Assembly (NCBI GenBank): GCA_041640035.1
Contig: JBEQBC010000002.1
Location: forward strand, 64,001 to 128,000
DNA length: 64,000 nucleotides
Direction of reading: 5' to 3'
Source: Candidatus Nanohaloarchaea archaeon
Lineage (GTDB): Archaea > Nanohalarchaeota > Nanosalinia > Nanosalinales > Nanosalinaceae
Below the pieces are notes generated by a model that worked only from the letters and a program-made list of their open reading frames with translations, ran no database searches and was not told the origin of the DNA. Of this stretch, positions 48,409-57,570 are shown in pieces (positions within the stretch are counted from its first letter, which is position 1; each line of letters begins with the position of its first letter). Both the position numbers and the translations under genes were made by a program.

Positions 48409-49332
48409 ATGAAATTTGAACTTTTTGGACGCCTCGGCGACGACAACGAGACCGGAGATCAGCAAGCAGAAGACTCAGGAGGATTTAATGCCGGATACGA
48501 TGACGAAGGAGGCGACTTCCAGACAGGCGGAGACCTAGATAGAACGGTTCAGAACCTGTTCGACCAGGGTTACTCGGAAGACGAGATCAAGAATGAACTG
48601 CAGGGACAATACTCTGCGACAGAAGTTTCTCAGGCAATTAATCGCGTTGTAACTTCTAACGCCACAGGAAACGCCAATAATAGTGGTGGCAGCGGAAATA
48701 GTGATGGACCTGAGCCTATGACTCCTTATCAGGGAGATGAAGATGCGGTCAGTCCTATGGACGAAGGTTATGACGGAGATGACCAAAATGGTGGTGGAGG
48801 CGGAAACAGTATGGAAAACAATATGAACCAGAACAACAATCAGAATACTATGATGCAAGGGCAGCAAAACCAGCAGTCTCAACAGCAGCAACAGCAACCT
48901 CTGCAGTCAGGAGGTCAGAGCCAGAAAGGAAGCGCTAACTCTGGTAATGTAGATCCTGCTGTAGAAGAACTTATTGAAACTATAATCGCAGAGAACTTCG
49001 AGAAGGTTGAAGCAGAGTTCCATAATGTTTACGACGAACTTGATACCTTCGCAGATGAAATCGAAGACCTGAAGCAAAGAGTGCACGATCTTGAGGTCAG
49101 AGATGACGAGGATCAACAGCAGTTCGTTCAGAAGATCGACGAGGTTGAAGAACATATCGATGAGTACGAGTCCCGTATCGGAGGACTTGAGAAAGCCTTC
49201 CAGCAGGTACTTCCATCACTCGTTGACAATGTAAGAGAGCTTACAGACCTTGTCCAAGATCTGAAGGATGAAGGAGATGTGAGCGAAGGAGACTTCGAGG
49301 ACATGGACATGGAAAGTCTCAAGAACGAATAA
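48409..49332 (+). CDS. Protein with a small helical domain, N/Q/G-rich linker and C-terminal coiled coil
   Basis: QGYSEDEIKNEL domain; QQNQQSQQQQQQ; VEELIETII...LEKAFQQVLPSLVDNVREL. Confidence 0.75.
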   Translation: MKFELFGRLGDDNETGDQQAEDSGGFNAGYDDEGGDFQTGGDLDRTVQNLFDQGYSEDEIKNELQGQYSATEVSQAINRVVTSNATGNANNSGGSGNSDGPEPMTPYQGDEDAVSPMDEGYDGDDQNGGGGGNSMENNMNQNNNQNTMMQGQQNQQSQQQQQQPLQSGGQSQKGSANSGNVDPAVEELIETIIAENFEKVEAEFHNVYDELDTFADEIEDLKQRVHDLEVRDDEDQQQFVQKIDEVEEHIDEYESRIGGLEKAFQQVLPSLVDNVRELTDLVQDLKDEGDVSEGDFEDMDMESLKNE

Positions 49333-49426
49333 GAATTCCTTCTCGTTTTCTATTTCCCAAATTTTTCTCTTTCTAAACAATTCTTTCTAAATAAAATCTA
49401 GTTGAGAGAAGAAACTAGAGTTTTTC

Positions 49427-49939
49427 CTATTCTGACTGTCCTGCTGTCAGAGCCACGAGAGCTACTATCATCAGCAGTATAAGTATTGGCATGACTACTT
49501 CCTCGAATATCTTGCTCCAGTTCTCTATGTCCGGAATGATGTTGGGTATTCCGAAGAAGTTAGATATTATAGCAAGTAGTGCTACTACAAATATTCCTGC
49601 ACCAAGAATGAGAGGTAGGGATCTATCATTATCCTGAAGGTTCTCCAAGTCATATCCTGCTACTCCGAGCACGATCATCAGGCCGATTACCGCGAAGATG
49701 CCGAAAGTAGCTGCTGCAACTACATTAGTCAGAAGTCCTGCCGGAATAAACATGTAAGCTCCTCCACCAGCCATGAAAGCTATAGCTAGAGATATCGAGC
49801 CATTGACAAACTCATCTTCACTTATGAAATGGTATTTCTCTAGCACACCGTAACTTACTGCTAGTACGAGTAACCATGGGAAGAAGAATCTGAATATCTG
49901 CATTTCTGCCATGGTCTGGATTATCTGCTCGAAAACCAT
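49427..49939 (-). CDS. Multi-pass membrane protein (paralogous family)
   Basis: FFPWLLVLAVSYGVLEK...NGSISLAIAFM; about 5 TM. Confidence 0.75.
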   Translation of the reverse strand: MVFEQIIQTMAEMQIFRFFFPWLLVLAVSYGVLEKYHFISEDEFVNGSISLAIAFMAGGGAYMFIPAGLLTNVVAAATFGIFAVIGLMIVLGVAGYDLENLQDNDRSLPLILGAGIFVVALLAIISNFFGIPNIIPDIENWSKIFEEVVMPILILLMIVALVALTAGQSE

Positions 49940-49946
49940 GACTGGT

Positions 49947-50558
49947 TTATCCTCCTCCGGAGCCGCCGGCTAGTTCATCGAACAGTTTTCCAGGCGAGAA
50001 ACTACTACCGGCGTCAGGATCTGACAGTGTCCAGTAGATCAGCCCTGCTACTACCAGTACCCATATTAGTCCTGAATCAACTGTGAAGTTGATGAACTGT
50101 TCCAAGCCCTCACTGTTGATGTTATCCGGTATGAATATTCTTCCTCCTCCTGTTACGAAGAAGGCCAGTACTACGATACCAGTTAGTATCAATCCGTAGA
50201 TACCTCTGGACTCACTGTCTCCAGTGCCGATATCTAGGCCGATGAATGCTAGTACGACCAGTAACCCGAGCAATCCTATTACGGATACTGCTATTGCTCC
50301 AAGGTACTCTACGAAGAAAGTCTGGTAGGCTGGGTTCCTTACGAGGAACTGTGCTACGAAGAATGCGAATACTACTGAAAGCGTCGCTGCGAACTTGTTG
50401 TCTCCGTCCTCTTCCTCGAATAGAGGTATTCGTTTGAGTGTGAGGAAGAAGAGTACATATGCCACTACGAAGGGCAGGAGACCTGAGAAGAATCCGTTCT
50501 CCGCCATTATTTCTAGGAGGTTGTTGAACCCTCCTGCACCTGCGTCGTGGCTAGTCAC
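49947..50558 (-). CDS. Multi-pass membrane protein (paralogous family)
   Basis: LLPFVVAYVLFFLTLKRIPLF...NKFAATLSVVFAFF. Confidence 0.75.
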   Translation of the reverse strand: MTSHDAGAGGFNNLLEIMAENGFFSGLLPFVVAYVLFFLTLKRIPLFEEEDGDNKFAATLSVVFAFFVAQFLVRNPAYQTFFVEYLGAIAVSVIGLLGLLVVLAFIGLDIGTGDSESRGIYGLILTGIVVLAFFVTGGGRIFIPDNINSEGLEQFINFTVDSGLIWVLVVAGLIYWTLSDPDAGSSFSPGKLFDELAGGSGGG

Positions 50559-50564
50559 TTTCTA

Positions 50565-50822
50565 TTATTCACCTTGTTGATCTAGGTAGTGGCTTACTTT
50601 TCGGTTTAGTAGCCATAGTTCTCTACCTATGATCATTAGTCCAAGCATGACGATCCATGGCTGGATGTCTCTTCCGAATGATACCATGGTTGCTTCCTGT
50701 GATGAGTAGAATGCTGTCCATAGAGCTACCGCGATCGCTCCGAATGATAGGATTACGATTACGAGTTCGTCTAGGATGTTTTCTACATTGTATAGGTAGT
50801 TTCGGAATCTTTTGGAGTCCAT
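50565..50822 (-). CDS. Small 2-TM membrane protein
   Basis: Two hydrophobic helices; operonic spacing. Confidence 0.7.
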   Translation of the reverse strand: MDSKRFRNYLYNVENILDELVIVILSFGAIAVALWTAFYSSQEATMVSFGRDIQPWIVMLGLMIIGRELWLLNRKVSHYLDQQGE

Positions 50823-50825
50823 AGT

Positions 50826-50966
50826 TTAGAAACCTCCTCCGCCCATGCCGCCCATTCCTGAGCGCATTCCTAAGAGTTTTGCGATTACAAATCCTGCTAC
50901 TAGGCCCACTACGGCGGCTTCTGGTTCAGCCATCAGGCCGTTCATTATTTGGTCAGGTAATGCCAT
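50826..50966 (-). CDS. 46-aa single-TM micro-protein with Gly/Met tail
   Basis: Hand translation MALPDQIMNGLMAEPEAAVVGLVAGFVIAKLLGMRSGMGGMGGGGF; first gene of the operon. Confidence 0.75.
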   Translation of the reverse strand: MALPDQIMNGLMAEPEAAVVGLVAGFVIAKLLGMRSGMGGMGGGGF

Positions 50967-51017
50967 TGTTGTTTTAAGCCTCTGATAAAGTTCATTATGA
51001 ACTACTTGTTTAAATAA

Positions 51018-52064
51018 TTAAACCGATGTTGCCTTCTGCGTTGTTTCTGATTTCGCTGGAGTTTCCGGGGTTTGAGGTGTTTCTCTGGTCTGCTGTACTT
51101 CCAGATGCTCCATATATCTATTTTCTGCTGGAGCGTATTCTTGGTCTTCTGATCTGGCTGCTATGTAGTCGGAGATCTCTTGGTTTACATCTACTTCTTC
51201 AGAGTACATTTCATTGATAGCAGTACCTGGGTCAGAATTAACTTCTAAGCCGACTATCTCGCCATCGGGAGTCTTCATGTAATCGAATGCGGCTACCTCT
51301 AAGCCTTCAGTTGCCTGTATTGCTGCATCGATTTCATAGTCAAATATATCTCCCGGATCTGTGTATTCTCCGCCGTTAGCTATATTGTTAGCAATTCCTT
51401 CTCCATCTTCACGGGCAGCTATCTCTAGCACGGTGGCATCTTCTCCATCACCTAGCACTAGTGCACGACAGTCTTTGAAGCCTTCTTCATGCGGTACAGA
51501 TTCTTCTAACCTGTATTCTTCTCTATCAAATTCCTCAAGATATTCTTCCAAGGTCTCGGATTCTTCTATTTCCGTGATTCCGTTCCCAAAAGAGCTTCTC
51601 GCTGGTTTTGCGATAACCTGATCGTCTTCAAGCACCTCAAAAGCTCCTTCTTCAGAATAGCTTTCAGCCATTCGGACATTTTGGAGGTTACTAAATGATT
51701 CTTCCAGCATTTCAGAAGTCCTGTTCTTATCGTTATGGAACCAAGACATCAAAGGATCTTGTATAAAATCTATATCCTGGTCTTCTACTGCCGCAGAAAC
51801 CTGCTCAGCTATTTCTCTGCTTTCTTCATCATCCATTCCTGAAGTAAATTTTTTGTGGCGATAGAAAACTGTTTGATCATCTATTTTTTCTAATTCGTCT
51901 ACAGATGATACATCGGTTACATCGTACCCCTGTTCATCCAGTTCTTCAACAGTCTTTTTCCTGGTCGGTGTATCTACTTCGCCTGCGTACAGTATATCTG
52001 CCTCTTCAACATCTGTTTCTCTTATTATATCATGTACGGTTCTGTCGAAGAGCCATCCAAACAT
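51018..52064 (-). CDS. RimK-like ATP-grasp ligase
   Basis: NDK, VIAKPARSSFGNGI, DCRALVLG, NNIANGG, FDYM and LEVNSDPG. Confidence 0.85.
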   Translation of the reverse strand: MFGWLFDRTVHDIIRETDVEEADILYAGEVDTPTRKKTVEELDEQGYDVTDVSSVDELEKIDDQTVFYRHKKFTSGMDDEESREIAEQVSAAVEDQDIDFIQDPLMSWFHNDKNRTSEMLEESFSNLQNVRMAESYSEEGAFEVLEDDQVIAKPARSSFGNGITEIEESETLEEYLEEFDREEYRLEESVPHEEGFKDCRALVLGDGEDATVLEIAAREDGEGIANNIANGGEYTDPGDIFDYEIDAAIQATEGLEVAAFDYMKTPDGEIVGLEVNSDPGTAINEMYSEEVDVNQEISDYIAARSEDQEYAPAENRYMEHLEVQQTRETPQTPETPAKSETTQKATSV

Positions 52065-52098
52065 AGAAACAGATTTGTTACATGAAAGTTATAAAATT

Positions 52099-53709
52099 TT
52101 AGAAGGAGTCCTTCCAGTTCTCGAGACCCTGAATAGCGTCATCTATCGCTGCGATCAAGTCCTGATCATCATCAATCTCGTGGTTGTTTGCGTTATGAAG
52201 AGCTCTGAGATCGTCTCTCAGATCTGCGAGTTCGTTCGGTATATGAGTATTCACCAGTTCGTTTACATCACTGTCCGGGAATTCAGGGTTGTTGCATCCT
52301 GTATCCGTGTTCAGGTCGTCGATGATATCACGGATATCTGAAAGGTATGCATGTATATCACCGGAGTTGGAGTGGTTCTGTATGTCTCCAATACGGGATT
52401 CGATTTCGGTCTTCTCTGAATTGCTTATCTGCAGCTCGTCCTTGAGTACAGATTTCAAGTCCTGTAACTGTCTCTTTATAGTTCCTTTGCGGTTCTTGAG
52501 TTGTTCAAGAGAGTTCTCCAAGGCTTCTTCGTGCTCTTCCATTCTACGGGCTCTGTTGAAAAGTCCTTCGTTGTCCAGTTCCTGTGCATAATCTTCTATC
52601 CTCTGTTCGTAGTCCTCAACCTGATCTACATCCTGCATCAGAAGGTTGATGCCTTTCAGTGATTTTGTGACGGTTTCGGCTTCAGCTATCAGTTTGTTTA
52701 GTTCATCGTCCAGGTTTGAGGTTACATGTTCCTCTTTCGTTTCTATCCTCTCGACTGCATCTATTATTGTTTCAAGCTCCTCCTTTGCATCAATCAAGCC
52801 GAATTCTTGATACCGGGATGGAAGGTCCATCGTACCGAGGTCAGTGTTCTCCAACAGTCCTCCTCCGCCTAGAATCATGTCCGGATGCAGGTTGTCTAGG
52901 TTTGGGTTGGATCCGCTGGAGGAGTTGTTTTTGAGCTTGGTGAGTTTTCCACGCATATGGTTAACTCCGGCTGTCAGGTACTTTATCCGGTTATTTACAT
53001 TTTCGTAATCTCTGCTTGCGTTCTTAACACCGTTGATAGCATCGTTGATGTGATCTATCTCCGAGCTCAGGTCTTTGGCTGCGTTGTTCATCGCTCCTTC
53101 TATATGGTCATCTGAGTCGTCTATTTCTTCTACTATCGATTCGATTTCTGCTTCTGTCTGTTCAGGTTGGTCCTGTACATTTCCGTCACCGACATTTCTT
53201 AGTCTCTGACCTGCTTCCCTTGCTTCCTCTATACCGTAGTTCAGGGCCTTGCCTGTTTTTCCTGCTGTCCAAGCTGCACTTGCTGCTCCACCTCCTACTA
53301 CTGCAATCAGGAGGGCGATTACTCCGAAGAAGAGTGCTCCTACTAGCATCATCTGGATGTCCCAGACGAATCCCATAGCGTGACCGGTGCCTAAAATAGA
53401 CAACACTGTCAGAAGCGCAAGTACCGCCAGAAGATTCTTTTTATCGTCATCCTGAACCCCTGAAGATTGAAGGTTGAATAGCTCTTCTATCTCGAGTTTG
53501 ACGACGATTTTCTTCATGATCATGTAGACAGAGAGCCAGATCAAGCCAAAGGTAGCAGCAAGGCCTAGATTGTGAACCATATCTCCCTGTGTAAGTCCAA
53601 GTGCACTTATTATGCCGGTAATATCTGTTAGAGAAGTGCTTCCGCCATGATTTGCTGCTGCTAAAGGTGTTGCTAAAAGGGTCAAAGTTGAAAGTAGTTT
53701 TTTCTTCAT
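52099..53709 (-). CDS. Signal peptide + 3-TM + long acidic coiled-coil protein (paralog 1)
   Basis: AAANHGG, ATFGLIWLSVYMIMKK, GGGA..GK..KA..YG..E, then about 370 aa of helical tail. Confidence 0.78.
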   Translation of the reverse strand: MKKKLLSTLTLLATPLAAANHGGSTSLTDITGIISALGLTQGDMVHNLGLAATFGLIWLSVYMIMKKIVVKLEIEELFNLQSSGVQDDDKKNLLAVLALLTVLSILGTGHAMGFVWDIQMMLVGALFFGVIALLIAVVGGGAASAAWTAGKTGKALNYGIEEAREAGQRLRNVGDGNVQDQPEQTEAEIESIVEEIDDSDDHIEGAMNNAAKDLSSEIDHINDAINGVKNASRDYENVNNRIKYLTAGVNHMRGKLTKLKNNSSSGSNPNLDNLHPDMILGGGGLLENTDLGTMDLPSRYQEFGLIDAKEELETIIDAVERIETKEEHVTSNLDDELNKLIAEAETVTKSLKGINLLMQDVDQVEDYEQRIEDYAQELDNEGLFNRARRMEEHEEALENSLEQLKNRKGTIKRQLQDLKSVLKDELQISNSEKTEIESRIGDIQNHSNSGDIHAYLSDIRDIIDDLNTDTGCNNPEFPDSDVNELVNTHIPNELADLRDDLRALHNANNHEIDDDQDLIAAIDDAIQGLENWKDSF

Positions 53710-55298
53710 TATAGATCAGCGAATTTGTTCAGTAGTCGTTCTTCGGCTGCTTCTTCCTGTTCGTTCTGCTGTTCGATTTTCTCTAGGTGCTCTCCAATCT
53801 TGTTGAGATTGTCTTGCATGTTCTCCATTCTTCTCCAGGCTTGCGGTGCATAATCACTGTCTCCGATGTTTTCCAAGACATTCTTCTCGAGAGCTTCTAT
53901 CTGATTGAGTATTCTGCCGTCTTCTTTTACGAGCGTTTGAAGCTGCTGAATCTCTTCCTCTTCAAGTTTTATTTCATTCTTGATTAGGTCTTTGGCTCTC
54001 TCGATGAGTTCTTCCAGTCTCTGTTCTTCGCTCATTAGTTCTTGGTAGTAGCTCTTCATCTGCTCGATTTCTTTCTCTTCCTGTTCAGCTTCTTTGTATA
54101 CTTTCTCGCTCCCCATCTCTTGAGAGATGCTTTCGAGATATTCATCTAGCTGTTCAGCCTCGCCTATCTCCTGTTTAATCCTGCTGAGAAGATTCTGAAG
54201 GACGATAAATTCTTCAAGCTTGTTGACTAGGATATGGACCTCATCTTCCATTTCTTCCTCTTCTTTGGTTTCCAGAGATTCGATAAGTTTGATATCCTCT
54301 TGGACTCCCTTTAGTTCTTCATCTATTGTCTTGAGGCCTTTGAAGCTGTCTACAAACCCTCCTGGCGCTACCTGGTTTTCTGTTGCTCCTTTTCCTAACC
54401 CTGAAGCGGAAAGATTGTTCTCATGCGAGTTCTCCAACGAACTATTAGCTTTGTTTAGTTCATTATTGACATCATCCAGTCTTGCTTTAATATCCTTGAC
54501 GCCTTTCTCTTCTTTCTGATCCTGCTTAAGAATCCTTTGTGCGTCCTCAATAGCCTGCTCGAACTCATCCAGATCCTTCTTCATCATTCCGGAAAGAGTT
54601 TTTTCTGATGATTCCACAAGTTCGATTACTTTCTCTACATCATGGGCGGCTTGATCTGATTCTTGCTCGGGATCTTCACTTTGACCCGAAGTCACATCTT
54701 CTTCTTCATGTTCTGCTCTTGTTGCTACATCCTGAGCCTGAGTGGTCCGGTCTCTAACCGCTTCAATATCCTGATTATCGTACTCATCGCTGCCTGCGTT
54801 AGCCCCTTCATCAAGTTCATTAAGTCCCCATGCACCTGCTTTGGCAGCTTTACCGGTGGAGAACATGAAGAGACCTGCTCCACCACCTAAAACCAGAATT
54901 ATCAGAGAAGCTACCAAGAAGCCTACTGCTAACAGTAGTGTTTGTTGAATAGTATCTATTGTGAATCCGAGGTAGGTGTGTGATGCACCTGCTGCAGAAA
55001 CAACTATTAGAAGAGATAGTACTGCTCCTAGGTTTCTGCCGTCATCTCCGTATGTGCCACCTCCCATGTTGAAGAGGTCTTCGAGTTCGAATCGCATGAT
55101 CAGTTTCTTGGTTATCATGTAGACTGTGAACCAGATCAGTGCGAAGGTTGCTGCGGAGATTGCGATCTGTCTCCAGTTATCTACAGGGAATGGAAAGTTG
55201 GAGATTAGACCGATTAGTCCTCCGGACCCTCCGTGGTTCGCGGTTGCGATTGATGTGAAAGCCAGTAAAAGTGAGGAGAAGATGGCTTTTTTGTTCAT
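53709..55298 (-). CDS. Signal peptide + 3-TM + long acidic coiled-coil protein (paralog 2)
   Basis: ATANHGG, ATFALIWFTVYMITKK, GGGAG..GKAAKA..WG..E, then a coiled coil. Confidence 0.78.
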   Translation of the reverse strand: MNKKAIFSSLLLAFTSIATANHGGSGGLIGLISNFPFPVDNWRQIAISAATFALIWFTVYMITKKLIMRFELEDLFNMGGGTYGDDGRNLGAVLSLLIVVSAAGASHTYLGFTIDTIQQTLLLAVGFLVASLIILVLGGGAGLFMFSTGKAAKAGAWGLNELDEGANAGSDEYDNQDIEAVRDRTTQAQDVATRAEHEEEDVTSGQSEDPEQESDQAAHDVEKVIELVESSEKTLSGMMKKDLDEFEQAIEDAQRILKQDQKEEKGVKDIKARLDDVNNELNKANSSLENSHENNLSASGLGKGATENQVAPGGFVDSFKGLKTIDEELKGVQEDIKLIESLETKEEEEMEDEVHILVNKLEEFIVLQNLLSRIKQEIGEAEQLDEYLESISQEMGSEKVYKEAEQEEKEIEQMKSYYQELMSEEQRLEELIERAKDLIKNEIKLEEEEIQQLQTLVKEDGRILNQIEALEKNVLENIGDSDYAPQAWRRMENMQDNLNKIGEHLEKIEQQNEQEEAAEERLLNKFADL

Positions 55299-55336
55299 GC
55301 AGTAGTTAATCCTCTCCTTCTTTAAATTAATTCACC

Positions 55337-55783
55337 TTAGAAGATGGCTTTGAATCCCCAGTAGAGAACTAGGAGTCCTACCCCTATGAATATTATGTAG
55401 GTGAGTCCTCCGAAGACTACGAATATCAGTTCGTTGATATCTTGGAATAACTGGGTTGGAACCAGCATGAGTGAAACTGCCAGAGCGATTAGTGTGGCGT
55501 ACTTGTTTCTCTGTTTTCTGGCCTGTTCTCTTTCACTGTGCCATTCGTCTTCAGCGCTTAATGCGAATTTTAGGGCTTGTTTCAGTCCGATCTGGAAGAT
55601 GAAGAATATCAAGAGGAATGGTGCTACAAGTTCCGTTAGTATCTCTGCCTGAGAATCGTAATGCGGTATCTGGAGGTTCTCGTATGGGTTTCCTCCACCA
55701 CTGTGAAATGAAGCGGCTGCTGTTGAAACAGTGATAGTTAGTAGTAGAATGATTGAGAGGTATTTAGTCAAAGTCGAAGTCAT
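55337..55783 (-). CDS. Signal peptide + 3-TM protein (short family member)
   Basis: AAASFHSGG, LVAPFLLIFFIFQIGLK...NKYATLIALAVSLM; start moved to MTSTL. Confidence 0.72.
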   Translation of the reverse strand: MTSTLTKYLSIILLLTITVSTAAASFHSGGGNPYENLQIPHYDSQAEILTELVAPFLLIFFIFQIGLKQALKFALSAEDEWHSEREQARKQRNKYATLIALAVSLMLVPTQLFQDINELIFVVFGGLTYIIFIGVGLLVLYWGFKAIF

Positions 55784-56033
55784 CGCCGCCACCTCCCATG
55801 TCGCCGCCTCCGCCGATATCTCCTCCACCACTTCCGCCGCTACGGGCGTGTTTGATGTAGGCCGGCAGCATATCATCTATTACGAAGCCGACTATGAGTC
55901 CAACTATTGCGGCTGCTGCGTATTCTCCTGGCAGGGGGAGTAATGAATCAAAGCTTCCTCCTAGCATATCTGCTGCTCCGACTGCTGCGATAGAGGCTAC
56001 GGGATAGGCGACGAATTCCCAAGGGTCCTTCAT
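55764..56033 (-). CDS. Small membrane protein with Gly-rich acidic tail
   Basis: AAIVGLIVGFVI...RSGGSGGGDIGGGGDMGGGGDDFDFD. Confidence 0.72.
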   Translation of the reverse strand: MKDPWEFVAYPVASIAAVGAADMLGGSFDSLLPLPGEYAAAAIVGLIVGFVIDDMLPAYIKHARSGGSGGGDIGGGGDMGGGGDDFDFD

Positions 56034-56136
56034 ACAAAAATTGTTTTTGAAGGAGAGTTATTAAATTACTTGGAGCCTGGCTACGGCGTCTGTAAGCAAA
56101 ATTTATATAAGCAGAAAACGGGTTATTACGGTCTAT

Positions 56137-57312
56137 ATGGGTCTACTTTCAAGCGCTAAGAATCAGATCAACAAAGCGAAAAAATCTATGGGAAATGTAA
56201 AAGACAGGCTAAGCCGTGTAGCAAAAGGCGAGCAAGAGCTTCAAGACGAGATGAACCACTACCAGGATCTTGAAGGACAGGTGGAGGATGACCTTAGACA
56301 GGGAGATAGAAATGTAGCAGATGAAGAAGCTCAGAAACTTGAAAGCGGAGAAATGGAAGCTGCAGAAAGACTGGAAAACCTAGATGAGGAGATGCTGGAG
56401 ATCTTCAAGCAAAACATGAGAGAGGTAAAGTTGACCGCGAATGCCATGAAGGAAAGAGATCAGTTTGAGGAAAGGACTAGGAAGAAGGTGCGACAGATCG
56501 CGAACGAACATAAGGAATTTGATGAGAGACTAAAGCAGGCTTCTCAAAATCTTGAAAGATATATTCAGGAGTCCAAACAGAATAGCAATAGAATGACTAG
56601 AGGTGAAGTCGGTAGAGAAGCACAGACCGACCAAGGTAAGAACTGGCAGGACCTAGAAGAAGAGGCCGAGCACATGAGAGATAGTATCAACGATGTGGTA
56701 AGAAGAGAGAACAACATGCTTGAGCTCTTGAATGCTGAAGAAAAAAGCATGGAAGAATTCAAGGAAGAGTGGGAAGAAAGCCTTAAAGAAATGAAAAAAC
56801 TCAGAAACGAGGTTCAAACTTTCTATGGTCAGGAGCAGGAAATGGAGAAAATTGCAGAAGAGCTTGGCGACAGCGATTTAATGCAGAAAGTAGCTCAGGG
56901 AGAGGAAGAAGCTAAACAGATCAAGCAGACATTCAAGGAACTTGATAGCCGTATCGAAGAAATCGAACAGATGCTGGAGAAGATGGAACAGGAAGACGAT
57001 TCAATCGTAAAGCACCAGAGTAATGTCACCAATAGAGCTGAAGAAATCCTTGAGATGTCTAAAAACGCTAGAAGGCAAGTTGCAGAGGTAGAGAACATAG
57101 TTGAACGAGATAATTATGAGCATCTGGAGTTCACCAGCCCTGAAAAATGGGAGAAAGAGATAGAGGTCATCAACAAATCTCTCAACAATGTTGAAGAACT
57201 TGTGCAGAAGTTCGAGGAAATCGAAGATCAGGAAATTAAGATTGAGGAACAGGAAGAACAGGTTATTGAAACCGAAGCACAGGAGGGCGCTCAGGCAGTC
57301 GGAGACGACTAA
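56137..57312 (+). CDS. Soluble long coiled-coil protein
   Basis: 391 aa of E/Q/K-rich heptads with an amphipathic basic N-terminus; TTTATATA box upstream. Confidence 0.75.
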   Translation: MGLLSSAKNQINKAKKSMGNVKDRLSRVAKGEQELQDEMNHYQDLEGQVEDDLRQGDRNVADEEAQKLESGEMEAAERLENLDEEMLEIFKQNMREVKLTANAMKERDQFEERTRKKVRQIANEHKEFDERLKQASQNLERYIQESKQNSNRMTRGEVGREAQTDQGKNWQDLEEEAEHMRDSINDVVRRENNMLELLNAEEKSMEEFKEEWEESLKEMKKLRNEVQTFYGQEQEMEKIAEELGDSDLMQKVAQGEEEAKQIKQTFKELDSRIEEIEQMLEKMEQEDDSIVKHQSNVTNRAEEILEMSKNARRQVAEVENIVERDNYEHLEFTSPEKWEKEIEVINKSLNNVEELVQKFEEIEDQEIKIEEQEEQVIETEAQEGAQAVGDD

Positions 57313-57333
57313 AAAACATCTAACAACTATTTT

Positions 57334-57570
57334 TTATTTCTCTTCAAACTTACCTAGTCTTTCCAGAGTTTCTAGTATACCCCATGCGTAGATTACAGCT
57401 TCCCAGGCGCGTATATAGTCTTCCTCCTCTAGAAAATGATATGTGTCATCTCTGTATGCCTTTACATTCTCCATCTGTTCGACTTCACTGTCTCTCTCCT
57501 CCATTCTACTTTCCAGTTTCTCTAACCATTCCCTGGTTTCTTCCTCAAGTTTCTCCTGAGTCTTGTTCAT
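57334..57570 (-). CDS. DUF357 family protein
   Basis: AYRDDTYHFLEEEDYIRAWEAVIYAWGILE; coupled to dph5, as is usual in archaea. Confidence 0.85.
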   Translation of the reverse strand: MNKTQEKLEEETREWLEKLESRMEERDSEVEQMENVKAYRDDTYHFLEEEDYIRAWEAVIYAWGILETLERLGKFEEK

